From positions 1 to 55,621 of the IMG/VR virus record IMGVR_UViG_3300042923_000252: DNA of 55,621 nt; one strand, written 5' to 3'. Below are positions 1 to 8,180 of the stretch, piece after piece. Both the position numbers and the translations under genes were made by a program. Under the pieces are notes generated by a model, which was not told the DNA's origin, did no database searches, and saw nothing but the letters and a program-made list of their open reading frames with translations. Numbering within the stretch: position 1 is the first letter of the stretch; the number at the start of each line of letters is the position of its first letter. The stretch comes from a virus (Duplodnaviria > Caudoviricetes).

Positions 1-163
1 CCTTCCTTCGATCGTGTACGGGTTACGAATGAACAGAAGGCTCTCTGAGCCCCTAACTCGGCTTCGCCGCTCCAGCGTCTCCTAGACCCCCTAAACGGCC
101 CTCAGAGCCCCTCTCAGGCCCCTTCTCGACCCCACATGGCCTCTGAGCCTCTCTAGCAGGTCA

Positions 164-415
164 GAATGAATGAATCATGAACCCTCAACTGTGTGATCTG
201 GGCCTCATTTTTTCATGATTCTGTCCAAAACAGGTTCCATTGACACCGACATCTATATTGTAGGGAGGGTTGTATACCCTCCCGTTGGAGATCTTCAGAG
301 TGTCTGGAGCCCCCTCTTCGGGGAGGGGGCGACCGGAACCCCCTCCAGGAGAATGAATGAATTAGAGGGTTGGCCGGCACCCTGAAGTGCCGGCAGGGTC
401 TCTGAATGAATGAAT
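164..415 (+). repeat. (GAAT)3 boxes, three direct copies (164-175, 351-362, 404-415)
   Basis: GAATGAATGAAT read directly three times; related copies at 48531, 55199, 55485 and 55558. Confidence 0.85.
192..257 (+). promoter_or_regulatory. Promoter-like module copy 1 (TGTGATCTGGGCCTCA ... TGACACCGACATCTATA)
   Basis: Near-identical boxes with the same 49-bp offset recur at 25074-25139. Confidence 0.55.
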
Positions 416-497
416 TAAAGGGACTCAGCCCCGGAAATGAAAGAAGCCCCGCCCACTCCCTTTGAGGGAAGTGGACGAGGCCCCATATCACCCCGGA

Positions 498-683
498 TTA
501 GTGGCTATCAGCCTTCTCGTGAGTCTCGCCATGAGGCAGAGGGCACACATCTGCCACGCCAAGGGGCATCATCTGCTGCTGGGGGTGCACCCGGCAGTAT
601 CGACGGCCCCGGGCCGTGTCCATCCTCCACTCATCCATTGCGATATCACGCGGAGTGGGTACGTGATTCCGGCTGACAGCCAT
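498..683 (-). CDS. Hypothetical protein with C/H residues (61 aa)
   Basis: RBS AGGAGG before ATG at 683; same orientation as 1013-1458. Confidence 0.5.
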   Translation of the reverse strand: MAVSRNHVPTPRDIAMDEWRMDTARGRRYCRVHPQQQMMPLGVADVCPLPHGETHEKADSH

Positions 684-1012
684 GGAACCTCCTACTGAGT
701 CAGGTCGTCCGGTGGTGGCGTAGGCGGATCGTCGTCCGGCTTCGGCACAGGCGGCCATGTCTTGACGGTTCCCAGAGTGCTCTTCAAGGTCCCCTCCCCT
801 CTACTCCCCTGCCGACTCGGTCAAAGTCGGTCACAGTCGGGCCCCCACCCGGTACTTTCCCTCTCGGGCTGCCGGCACCGGGCGGGGGTTGTCCCAGGGC
901 GAAGGACTGCTTCCCCGGGACGATCTGACGGAGCAAACAGGGGCCGGCCTCGGCCAACCTAGCTGGGAACCGGCCCCCGTTGCCCCCTTCCACGACTCAG
1001 ACGCACGGGCGC

Positions 1013-1237
1013 CTAGGTCGTGGGGCTTGTGGTGTGCTCTCTCGGCACAAGTCGCCAACTGGCTGTGTTGACGGTCCGGAAGGTGTCGTGCCCCGGACGC
1101 TTCGTCATGTGGTCAGCAGCCCAGGCATCAACAGCGCTCTCGTCCCTGCTTGCGTCCAGGCACCTGGTGCACTCGATGAACTGCTTAACCGGAAGGCCAG
1201 AAGGCTTGAGAGTCAAAGGCAGGGAGGACGTAGTCAC
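1013..1237 (-). CDS. Small CxxC...H putative Zn-binding protein typical of XRE/DUF397 cassettes
   Basis: ECTRC...DAWAADH...PGHDTFR; overlaps the upstream ORF stop. Confidence 0.65.
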   Translation of the reverse strand: MTTSSLPLTLKPSGLPVKQFIECTRCLDASRDESAVDAWAADHMTKRPGHDTFRTVNTASWRLVPREHTTSPTT

Positions 1238-1458
1238 CGACTACCACCCTGTGTCGCGTTCAACCATTCGCTGCTGAGATCCCCGGGAGTAGCAACCCGG
1301 GCCCACTTCTCCGCCACGTCCCACTCACGGCCTCCCCCGATCGGTCGGAGGTAGTACCGGCCGGCCTGGGCTCCCTGGAACTCACCGAGCTTGCTTCGAG
1401 CTGTGTCCACCATGACCGTTCCTACGGCTGGCAGATCCTTCGCTTCAGGACGCGACAC
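1234..1458 (-). CDS. Small protein divergent from the XRE gene (YLRPxGGGREW family)
   Basis: RBS AGGAGG + GTG; motif VDTARSKLGEF...YYLRPIGGGREW. Confidence 0.65.
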   Translation of the reverse strand: MSRPEAKDLPAVGTVMVDTARSKLGEFQGAQAGRYYLRPIGGGREWDVAEKWARVATPGDLSSEWLNATQGGSR

Positions 1459-1654
1459 GGCGCCTCCTAATCCCTGCATGTGATCACCCACTGTACGCGG
1501 ACTGGCACTAACAGTGTGTCCAAAGTCGTACCCCGGATGCAACCCGTTGAACCAACTCAGCAAAATTGCAGTCGGATCAGGGCATGGTCTGGCCGACTGT
1601 GGAAAGCTGTAGCCACGCACCAGAGTTGGGCGAAGAATGGACAGGTAGAAGGGG

Positions 1655-2515
1655 GTGCGCATGGCAGAGCCCACGGTTCGGACGCGTCGACTCGGCTCCG
1701 AGCTGCGGACAGCCCGGGAAGCCAAGGGCCTGAAGCTGGACGACGTAGCAGCCCAAACAGACCTAACTCCGTCCAAGGTCAGCAGGGTTGAGAAGGCCGT
1801 GCTGGGGATCCGGCCGGTTGACCTCAATGTTCTTCTGGACCTCTACGAGATCACCGACCCGGAGAAGCGGGATGCCCTCCACATGTTCGCCCGGGACGGT
1901 AAGAAGCGCGGCTGGTGGCAGACCTACCGCGGCATCATCTCCCCGGCCTACGAAGACCTGATCAGCCTGGAGGATGACGCAGTCAACCTGCGGACCTACC
2001 AAGCCACGCTCATTCCGGGCCTGCTTCAGACCGCGGCCTACGCCCGCGCCACCATCAGCGCCATCAGCATGACTGCCACGCCCGAACAGGTGAACTCCCT
2101 TGTAGATGTTCGCCGGGCTCGTCAGTCGGTCCTTTCCCGCCCTGAGCCTCTGGAGCTGTGGGCAGTCATTCACGAGGCAGCTCTTCGCCCGCATCTGAAG
2201 AGCAGCCCAGCGATGATGAAGGAGCAGCTTCAATGGCTGCTGGACAAACAAGAGCTTCCGCACGTCTCGATACAGGTACTACCTCTGAACGCTCCCCCAA
2301 ACGTCGGGATGAGCGGCTCGTTCGCTGTCATCGGCTTCCCGGAGACGGCAGACCTGGACGTGGTGTACCTGGAGAACCTCACGAGTGCTCTCTACGTCGA
2401 GGACTCCGCGGAAGTCAGTCGATACGGCAGTGCCTTCGAGCGTCTACGCGCGGCGGCCCTGCCCTTCGATGAATCGGCCAACCTCATTGAACAACTGAAG
2501 GACTCCATCCGATGA
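1655..2515 (+). CDS. XRE-family HTH regulator with C-terminal DUF5753 (WhiJ/Scr1-like)
   Basis: RRLGSELRTARE HTH; GWWQTY; IPGLLQTAAYARA; VYLENLT motifs. Confidence 0.92.
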   Translation: MRMAEPTVRTRRLGSELRTAREAKGLKLDDVAAQTDLTPSKVSRVEKAVLGIRPVDLNVLLDLYEITDPEKRDALHMFARDGKKRGWWQTYRGIISPAYEDLISLEDDAVNLRTYQATLIPGLLQTAAYARATISAISMTATPEQVNSLVDVRRARQSVLSRPEPLELWAVIHEAALRPHLKSSPAMMKEQLQWLLDKQELPHVSIQVLPLNAPPNVGMSGSFAVIGFPETADLDVVYLENLTSALYVEDSAEVSRYGSAFERLRAAALPFDESANLIEQLKDSIR

Positions 2516-2727
2516 CCATGATCGTTAACGCCTCGGCTACAGGCTACGCCTGGACGAAGTCTTCTTACAGTGGCGGCCAGGGGGACTGCCTGGAGGTGGC
2601 TCAGGGAGCCATCCCCGAGGCCCTTCCCGTCCGGGACTCCAAGGTCCCTGCCGGCCCCGCAGTCGTCTTCGCTGACACGGCCTGGGGCTGCTTCATCAGC
2701 GCCGTGCGAAAGGGTGATCTCATCTAG
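2512..2727 (+). CDS. DUF397 domain protein
   Basis: WTKSSYSGGQGDCLEVA...VRDSK...AWGCF signature; ATGA-coupled to the XRE gene. Confidence 0.93.
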   Translation: MTMIVNASATGYAWTKSSYSGGQGDCLEVAQGAIPEALPVRDSKVPAGPAVVFADTAWGCFISAVRKGDLI

Positions 2728-2917
2728 TAGGCTGTCAGGCGTCTTCTAAGGCAGGCCTCGCCAGCCATGCAATGCCGAGGAAGACGAAGGAAGTCCCCCC
2801 TGCTGTACAAATCCTTTGAGTCCAGGGGGGACTTCTCCTAGTATGATCCCAGGGACTCCCAGACTCCTCGTATGGGCTACCAGCCAATCGGCTGGGGGCT
2901 GAGGCTAGGGGTCGCAT

Positions 2918-2960
2918 AAGAAGAGCCCTCCCGGACTAACAGACCGGGAGGGCTTCTTCG
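2918..2960. terminator. Bidirectional terminator-like hairpin
   Basis: AAGAAGAGCCCTCCCGG-N9-CCGGGAGGGCTTCTT between convergent genes. Confidence 0.7.
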
Positions 2961-2967
2961 TGTCCGG

Positions 2968-3198
2968 CTACTGGCCAGCCGGCTCCTTGGGGAAGATGAC
3001 TCGCATCTCCGGGATGGTCCCTCGCTCTGCATGGCCGTTGTGCCACGCGTGCTGGAGGATGTTGGCAGCCACGTACAGGGCCCACCTGGTGGCCTCGGAC
3101 TGGCCCTTCCCTGTCTCCCGGATGACCCTCAGGTTCCGGTCCAGGTCATCCGTCCTCATGACGGACAGGTTCTTGGTGACGCGCTTCGGAGCCGTCAT
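2968..3198 (-). CDS. Small putative ribbon-helix-helix DNA-binding protein
   Basis: KNLSVMRTDDLDRNLRVI...GQSEATRWAL pattern; RBS GAGGAG; divergent from integrase. Confidence 0.55.
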   Translation of the reverse strand: MTAPKRVTKNLSVMRTDDLDRNLRVIRETGKGQSEATRWALYVAANILQHAWHNGHAERGTIPEMRVIFPKEPAGQ

Positions 3199-3390
3199 GG
3201 CTACTCCTCTTCCTCATCCTCTGCAATGCTGTCGATCAACTCCCGTAGACGATCCGAGGGGATGAGGGGAGCCTGTTGCGTCCAGTGATCAACCCACTCA
3301 CTAGCTGTCATCATGCCTGGTCAGCCTCCCGGCTCGTATACGGAGATCCTGGAACTCCTGCACATGCAAGAGTTCCAAGAACACGGTACT

Positions 3391-3432
3391 CTCCTGACAC
3401 GGATCTGACCACCGCATCACCCGTGTCAGGGG
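3391..3432. other. Inverted repeat upstream of integrase (attP candidate or leader hairpin)
   Basis: CTCCTGACACGG-N18-CCGTGTCAGGGG. Confidence 0.35.
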
Positions 3433-3442
3433 GGTTTTCGTC

Positions 3443-4927
3443 GTGCCTATCGCAGGGTACCTCCGCATCTCCGATGCTGACCTAGCCGAGATCAGACGGG
3501 CTGTCAGGAACGGAGACATCACTCAGGAGGAGGGCCAGGAGCGGGAGCGGAAGGGCGTTCTTAAGCAGAAGGATGACGTGATCGGCCTAGGCGCACGGCA
3601 CGGCTACTCCCCCGACGAGATCGTTTGGTACGAGGACAACAACCTCAGCGCCTTCAGCCGCACCGTGAAGCGCAAGGACTTTGAACGGCTGCTTAAGGAT
3701 CTGCCCAAGGGACACCTGGACGGCATCCTCTACTACGACATCGACCGCTACACCCGTCAGCCGCGGGACCTTGAGCGGACAATCGACATCTACGAGACGT
3801 CCAAGAAGACTCTGATCTTTGACGGCCTGTCTGGACAGAACTTCGACCTGACCACTCCGGACGGCCGCTTCTCTGCTCGGTTGTTCGTGTCCATCGCCAA
3901 CAAGTCCAGTGAGGACACCAGACGTCGCATCAGGCGTGAGACGCAGCGCATGGCGGAGAAGGGCGAGTTCCACGGAGGAACGCCGGCCTTCGGCTGGGAC
4001 CCGAAGGACCGGCTGAAGCTGGACCCCGTAGCCGCGGACATGATCCGACGAGGCACGAAGTGGTTCGTCCAAGGGGACCGCATCCCCACAATCCTGGAAC
4101 GCTTCGCCGAAGAGAACCTCATCAACCCGAGCACGGGAAGGCCCTTCTCCAGAGAGCACTTCCGTCGCATCCTGATGCGGTGTCGTAACGCCGGCATCCT
4201 GAGGTTCCAGGGCGAACCGATGAAGGACAAGGACGGCAACTACGTCATGGGTGACTGGCCTCCCATCGTCTCCGTGGACGAGTGGGAAGCTCTCATGGCC
4301 AAGATCAAGAGCCGGGCCAAGAAGACCAAGCCGGACATCACCACGAAGTACCTGTTGTCCGGGATCGCTCGATGCGGTCGTTGTGGTTCGAGGATGCACG
4401 GAGCGCCTGTCTGGCAGAAGGGTGTTAAGACAGACACCTACGCCTACACCTGCCAGAAGCGCCAGGCGGACGAGTGCGGGCGTATGCAGATCACCGGTCC
4501 CCCGGTGGATCAGATGGTCCGTCAGCTCGTCTGGACCACGGTCGAAAGGTCCATGGCCGGCCTGGAGGTCAAAAAGGACACGGAGTGGACCAAACAGGCT
4601 GAGCTAGACGAGGTTGAGCAGGAGATCAAGGAGCTTCAGGCAAAGTGGAAGGCTAAGGAGATCCGGGCCAGTATCTACGTCTCGACACTGGAGGATCTGG
4701 AGTCCGACCGGGACGCCCTGAAGGCTGACCGGGCTCTGCACATGGCTGAGGCGCAGTCTCCCGTCCGAGAGGACGTCATCCGGAAGGGCTGGCAGGGCCT
4801 GTCCCTTGAGCGTCAGCGGGAGGTCGTCCGCTCCGTCCTCTCCGCGGTGATGGTCCACCCGGCCAAGAGCCGGGGAGCCAACTTCGATGCTGCCAGAGTG
4901 GAACCAGTCTTCAACGAAGCAGCCTAG
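3443..4927 (+). CDS. int: Large serine integrase (recombinase)
   Basis: YLRIS catalytic motif, DIDRYTR, recombinase domain, YLLSGIARCGRCG Zn ribbon, coiled coil. Confidence 0.96.
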   Translation: MPIAGYLRISDADLAEIRRAVRNGDITQEEGQERERKGVLKQKDDVIGLGARHGYSPDEIVWYEDNNLSAFSRTVKRKDFERLLKDLPKGHLDGILYYDIDRYTRQPRDLERTIDIYETSKKTLIFDGLSGQNFDLTTPDGRFSARLFVSIANKSSEDTRRRIRRETQRMAEKGEFHGGTPAFGWDPKDRLKLDPVAADMIRRGTKWFVQGDRIPTILERFAEENLINPSTGRPFSREHFRRILMRCRNAGILRFQGEPMKDKDGNYVMGDWPPIVSVDEWEALMAKIKSRAKKTKPDITTKYLLSGIARCGRCGSRMHGAPVWQKGVKTDTYAYTCQKRQADECGRMQITGPPVDQMVRQLVWTTVERSMAGLEVKKDTEWTKQAELDEVEQEIKELQAKWKAKEIRASIYVSTLEDLESDRDALKADRALHMAEAQSPVREDVIRKGWQGLSLERQREVVRSVLSAVMVHPAKSRGANFDAARVEPVFNEAA

Positions 4928-4934
4928 GTAGACG

Positions 4935-4970
4935 AAAGCCCCCACCCGGCCGAAGCCGGGTGGGGGTTCT
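4935..4970. terminator. Bidirectional terminator
   Basis: GCCCCCACCCGGC-CGAA-GCCGGGTGGGGGT between int and the convergent arm. Confidence 0.8.
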
Positions 4971-4978
4971 CTGTGTTT

Positions 4979-5083
4979 CTAGCCTCGTTCGAGTTCGTAC
5001 AGGTCCAGAATCTTGTCCAGCGTCTCTTCAGCAATCACAGGGGCTTTAGGCAACCAGAGATCAAGCCACTCCTCAGAAGTCAC
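4979..5083 (-). CDS. 34-aa micro-protein convergent with int (RDF candidate)
   Basis: Not in the ORF track; GTG overlaps the upstream stop; MTSEEWLDLWLPKAPVIAEETLDKILDLYELERG. Confidence 0.5.
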   Translation of the reverse strand: MTSEEWLDLWLPKAPVIAEETLDKILDLYELERG

Positions 5084-5304
5084 TCATCCTCCTCGTAGGG
5101 GTCTCCGAAGGACAGATCACCTCGGTAGTCACCGATCATGTAGTGCAGATTGAAGACCTCCACGGCCCTCACGTCAGGGTCGTCACGGAGGATCTCGACA
5201 AGATCCGAAGCCTCTTCCACGTTGTAGGTCTCCGGGTCTTCCGGGTCCTCATCGCTGTACCGGTAAACGCTGACTCGGTAGGCCCCGCCATCGAAGACAC
5301 CCAT
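5080..5304 (-). CDS. Hypothetical acidic protein
   Basis: Coupled ORF in the leftward operon. Confidence 0.6.
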   Translation of the reverse strand: MGVFDGGAYRVSVYRYSDEDPEDPETYNVEEASDLVEILRDDPDVRAVEVFNLHYMIGDYRGDLSFGDPYEEDE

Positions 5305-5534
5305 CAGACCTCCTCCAACCCGTTCTCGTACGCCGGACGAACCGCGGCACAGGCCGGGCCGAAGTCACCCTCATCAATGAGGCCGGCGCCGCCCTTGGCC
5401 TCCAGCAGCTCCACCCGAGCCTCAGCGTCCTTACGCTCGATGTACGGGCCCCAGATCTTCCCCTTGGGGTATCCGAATGCCGCTACGGTCTGAACAACTC
5501 GGTACATGGCTCCAGCCTCCGCAATACCTACCAT
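5304..5534 (-). CDS. Hypothetical protein
   Basis: Stop/start overlaps on both sides. Confidence 0.6.
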   Translation of the reverse strand: MVGIAEAGAMYRVVQTVAAFGYPKGKIWGPYIERKDAEARVELLEAKGGAGLIDEGDFGPACAAVRPAYENGLEEV

Positions 5535-5707
5535 CAGGACTCCCTCCCACAGGGGCAGGCGCAATTGCCTTCGGGTGCCGGGCTACCGGCGTTCTCTGCA
5601 CATTCCACGTCCTCCTGGTCCCACCAAGGGTGAGGAGTAGGAGTATCGAAGCACTGCTCAAACTTGCAGGCCCAACAGGTTGCGTAACAGACGATGATTT
5701 CCGGCAT
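5534..5707 (-). CDS. Cys-rich hypothetical protein
   Basis: CYATCWACK...CACPC; coupled. Confidence 0.6.
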   Translation of the reverse strand: MPEIIVCYATCWACKFEQCFDTPTPHPWWDQEDVECAENAGSPAPEGNCACPCGRES

Positions 5708-6015
5708 CAGACCTTGCCCCCTGCCGTCTCCCAGCACCGAATGAAGAAGCCTGCTTCCTCCGGATAACGGTCTGGCCCCCCATCCTCGGGAGACTCGATG
5801 TACTTATGCGTGTCGTAGTCCAGCTCGGCCACGTACATACGAAGAGCCGACTCCAGCCGGCTAGGGTCAAGCTCCTGATGAGTCAGCTCGTTCTTCGCAG
5901 ACATCAGGGCTGAGAGGAGCTTGTCATTCTCGTCTTCGAGATCCACAATCCGCTCAGCCATCTGATGCGTGAACATGTGCAACACGAGTTGAGTAATACG
6001 CTCTTCACGATCCAT
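5707..6015 (-). CDS. Hypothetical protein (AERIVDLEDE paralog 1)
   Basis: Coupled ORF. Confidence 0.65.
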   Translation of the reverse strand: MDREERITQLVLHMFTHQMAERIVDLEDENDKLLSALMSAKNELTHQELDPSRLESALRMYVAELDYDTHKYIESPEDGGPDRYPEEAGFFIRCWETAGGKV

Positions 6016-6227
6016 CAGAAGTCCCCCGAGTCATAACGAGCCCAAGCTTCGCCGTAGCCCTCCCAGTTGTCGATGCCGGCAGCCTCAAGGGCATCGTGGA
6101 ACGCCTGTGCGTTACCCAGCTCATCCTTGATCTTCTTCACCTCGTCTTCGAGGTCTACGATCCGTTCTGCCAGATCCCAAGCACTTTGCTGGTAGTAGTT
6201 CTCAATACGTTCGTCACGTGATCTCAT
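6015..6227 (-). CDS. Hypothetical protein (AERIVDLEDE paralog 2; LEAAGIDNWEGY motif)
   Basis: Common phage C-terminal motif; coupled. Confidence 0.7.
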   Translation of the reverse strand: MRSRDERIENYYQQSAWDLAERIVDLEDEVKKIKDELGNAQAFHDALEAAGIDNWEGYGEAWARYDSGDF

Positions 6228-6480
6228 AACCCAGCTCCTCCAGGATCTTCAGTACGTCCTCACCGAATGCCACATAGCTTGGTGCTCCGTCAGCCGCCTC
6301 CGCAATTCGGGTAATAGCCCGGTCTGACTCCTTGTACTTCAAAGCAATGCGGGCAGCAGCCAAGGCACGTTCCTTAGCCTTCTTGTTCTCTGCCAGGAGA
6401 GACCTGCTCTTCTTACGCTCCTCCTGATACCTCTCGTACCAGTGATTCGCTCGACGTTCGGCATCAGCTAGGTAGTTCAC
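6214..6480 (-). CDS. Hypothetical coiled-coil protein
   Basis: GTG overlapping the SLOG gene stop. Confidence 0.55.
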   Translation of the reverse strand: MNYLADAERRANHWYERYQEERKKSRSLLAENKKAKERALAAARIALKYKESDRAITRIAEAADGAPSYVAFGEDVLKILEELGYEIT

Positions 6481-6920
6481 TCGATCACCTTCACGGGGAT
6501 ACCAACCTTCTTGCACTCGTTGACGCAGTTCCAAGTCCCGTAGGAATTACCGAGAGGGAAGGCCAGGCAGAGATCTGCGCCGGCCTGAGCCATCTTCCTG
6601 TTGCGCCGGGGACCTGCCGAAGGACAGTAATCCGGCAGAAGACCCGGGTGAACGGTGTCACCCGCTTTCTTCATCCGCCGATGTCCAGGAGGACAGGACA
6701 GCGAGCAGTTATCCCAGTCCGCGGGATGCGGGACCTCGTACGTGCCCCACTCACCATTCGTCCTAACCCATATTGACGCCAGTTGATCGGCCCCAGTGGG
6801 ACAGTCCCCATGCCGGACAACGAAGTTCCCGTCCTGAGATGCCCAGAGGCTTTCCAGGGCCTCAAACACCTTCTGATCGTCCGTGTAGTCCCGGCTACCG
6901 GTCACAATGACTGTGAACAT
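6477..6920 (-). CDS. SLOG-family (DUF2493/YspA-like) protein
   Basis: VIVTGSRDY, HGDCPTGAD, AGPRRNRKM, GTWNC. Confidence 0.88.
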   Translation of the reverse strand: MFTVIVTGSRDYTDDQKVFEALESLWASQDGNFVVRHGDCPTGADQLASIWVRTNGEWGTYEVPHPADWDNCSLSCPPGHRRMKKAGDTVHPGLLPDYCPSAGPRRNRKMAQAGADLCLAFPLGNSYGTWNCVNECKKVGIPVKVIE

Positions 6921-7327
6921 CAGAGAATCACCTTGTGTACTCCGAGGGCATCAGCCCAGACGACCTTCACCACACCAGAGGCTCGAATCAACTTTGAGCA
7001 GTCCTTACAGGGCTTTCGGGTCACGTAGAGCGTCGAGCCCTGGCAGTCCTCCCAAGACGCATAGAGGAGCGCGTTGGCCTCGGCATGGACTTCAATACAG
7101 GACTCATAGCCTGACCCGGACGGTTGGTCAGAAAGGCATCGCTCGCATTCTCCAGCGCTGCAAGACGGGCCTCCCGGAGCCGATCCGTTGTAGCCGGTGG
7201 ACCGGATACGCCGATCAGGTCCCACGAGAACGGCACCAACTTGGCACCGGATGCAGTCACCTCGAAGTGAAACTGAGGATGCGATCCCAAGAAAGTAGGT
7301 CGTCCAGTCCGGTCGTACATTGGTCAC
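6920..7327 (-). CDS. Deoxycytidylate (dCMP) deaminase
   Basis: RPDW..YF, STGYNG, HAEANAL, PCKDC. Confidence 0.93.
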   Translation of the reverse strand: MTNVRPDWTTYFLGIASSVSLRGDCIRCQVGAVLVGPDRRIRSTGYNGSAPGGPSCSAGECERCLSDQPSGSGYESCIEVHAEANALLYASWEDCQGSTLYVTRKPCKDCSKLIRASGVVKVVWADALGVHKVIL

Positions 7328-7554
7328 TCGCCCTCCCCGGAGTCGAACACCGTCTCTTCCTTGACCACACGGATTCGGTAACGACCCCCGTGATTCTGAA
7401 CATCCCGGACGCCTACATGATGAGCCTTCTGCTTCATTCCACCCTCCCCCTCCCTCCTTCGAAGAAGACGGGCCTTCTCGTGCCAGAAGGACTCATTGCC
7501 GAGGTCCACGAACTGCTCGACAAGCCAAAACTCGTAGTCGTCACTCACTGACAT
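7324..7554 (-). CDS. Hypothetical protein
   Basis: Fills the operon; start uncertain. Confidence 0.45.
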   Translation of the reverse strand: MSVSDDYEFWLVEQFVDLGNESFWHEKARLLRRREGEGGMKQKAHHVGVRDVQNHGGRYRIRVVKEETVFDSGEGE

Positions 7555-7681
7555 CCTCCTGAAGGATCTGGTAGACAGCCTCGGCAAACTCCTCATTGGT
7601 AGGCGCATCGCAGTACGCCTTACCAATACGGTCGATCTGGGACTGAAGACGCTCAGCCTTGGCCTTGTAGAACTCCTTCAT
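7541..7681 (-). CDS. Hypothetical protein (46 aa, MKEFYKAKAERL...)
   Basis: Short ORF read manually; fills an operon gap. Confidence 0.5.
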   Translation of the reverse strand: MKEFYKAKAERLQSQIDRIGKAYCDAPTNEEFAEAVYQILQEDVSE

Positions 7682-7689
7682 TGCCTCGC

Positions 7690-7941
7690 TCATCCCTCAC
7701 CACCCACCATGTAGATGGCAGAGGGGGAGGTCTCGAACTGGAAGTAGGAAAGGGCCATCTGGCCGGCAGCATCCCGAGGAAGGCCAGCCTCCCGACCTGC
7801 CTTGTAGATCTCCGCACTGTGCCTCGCGATGATCTGAGCGAGGTGAGCACGATTAGCCATCTCGTCAAGAAGCTTCTCGTACTGCATGCCCTCAGTCAGG
7901 GCCTCGAACTGCTCGTTGTAGTTGTCCTCGTTCGCGTCCAT
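7690..7941 (-). CDS. Hypothetical protein
   Basis: ATG overlaps the upstream TGA. Confidence 0.6.
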   Translation of the reverse strand: MDANEDNYNEQFEALTEGMQYEKLLDEMANRAHLAQIIARHSAEIYKAGREAGLPRDAAGQMALSYFQFETSPSAIYMVGGEG

Positions 7942-8180
7942 CAGTTCTCCTCTCGCCAGTCGAGACCCATCAGGAAAAGCCAGTTCTGCATGCCCTGCCA
8001 CACCTCACCATGAGGGTGGTCCCAGTCAAAGCAGTTGGCGTGGCAGAAGTCCCCTCCACCGAATACAGCGTCCCGGAGCTGTCCAGGACTGGAATAGGGG
8101 AGCCCATCCATGAGACGGGCGTACTCCCTTTCCATGTCCTCCTCAGTCAGCGTGATGACCACCGACTCTTCGTCGTCCAT
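7941..8180 (-). CDS. Hypothetical protein
   Basis: Coupled to the polymerase stop. Confidence 0.6.
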   Translation of the reverse strand: MDDEESVVITLTEEDMEREYARLMDGLPYSSPGQLRDAVFGGGDFCHANCFDWDHPHGEVWQGMQNWLFLMGLDWREEN

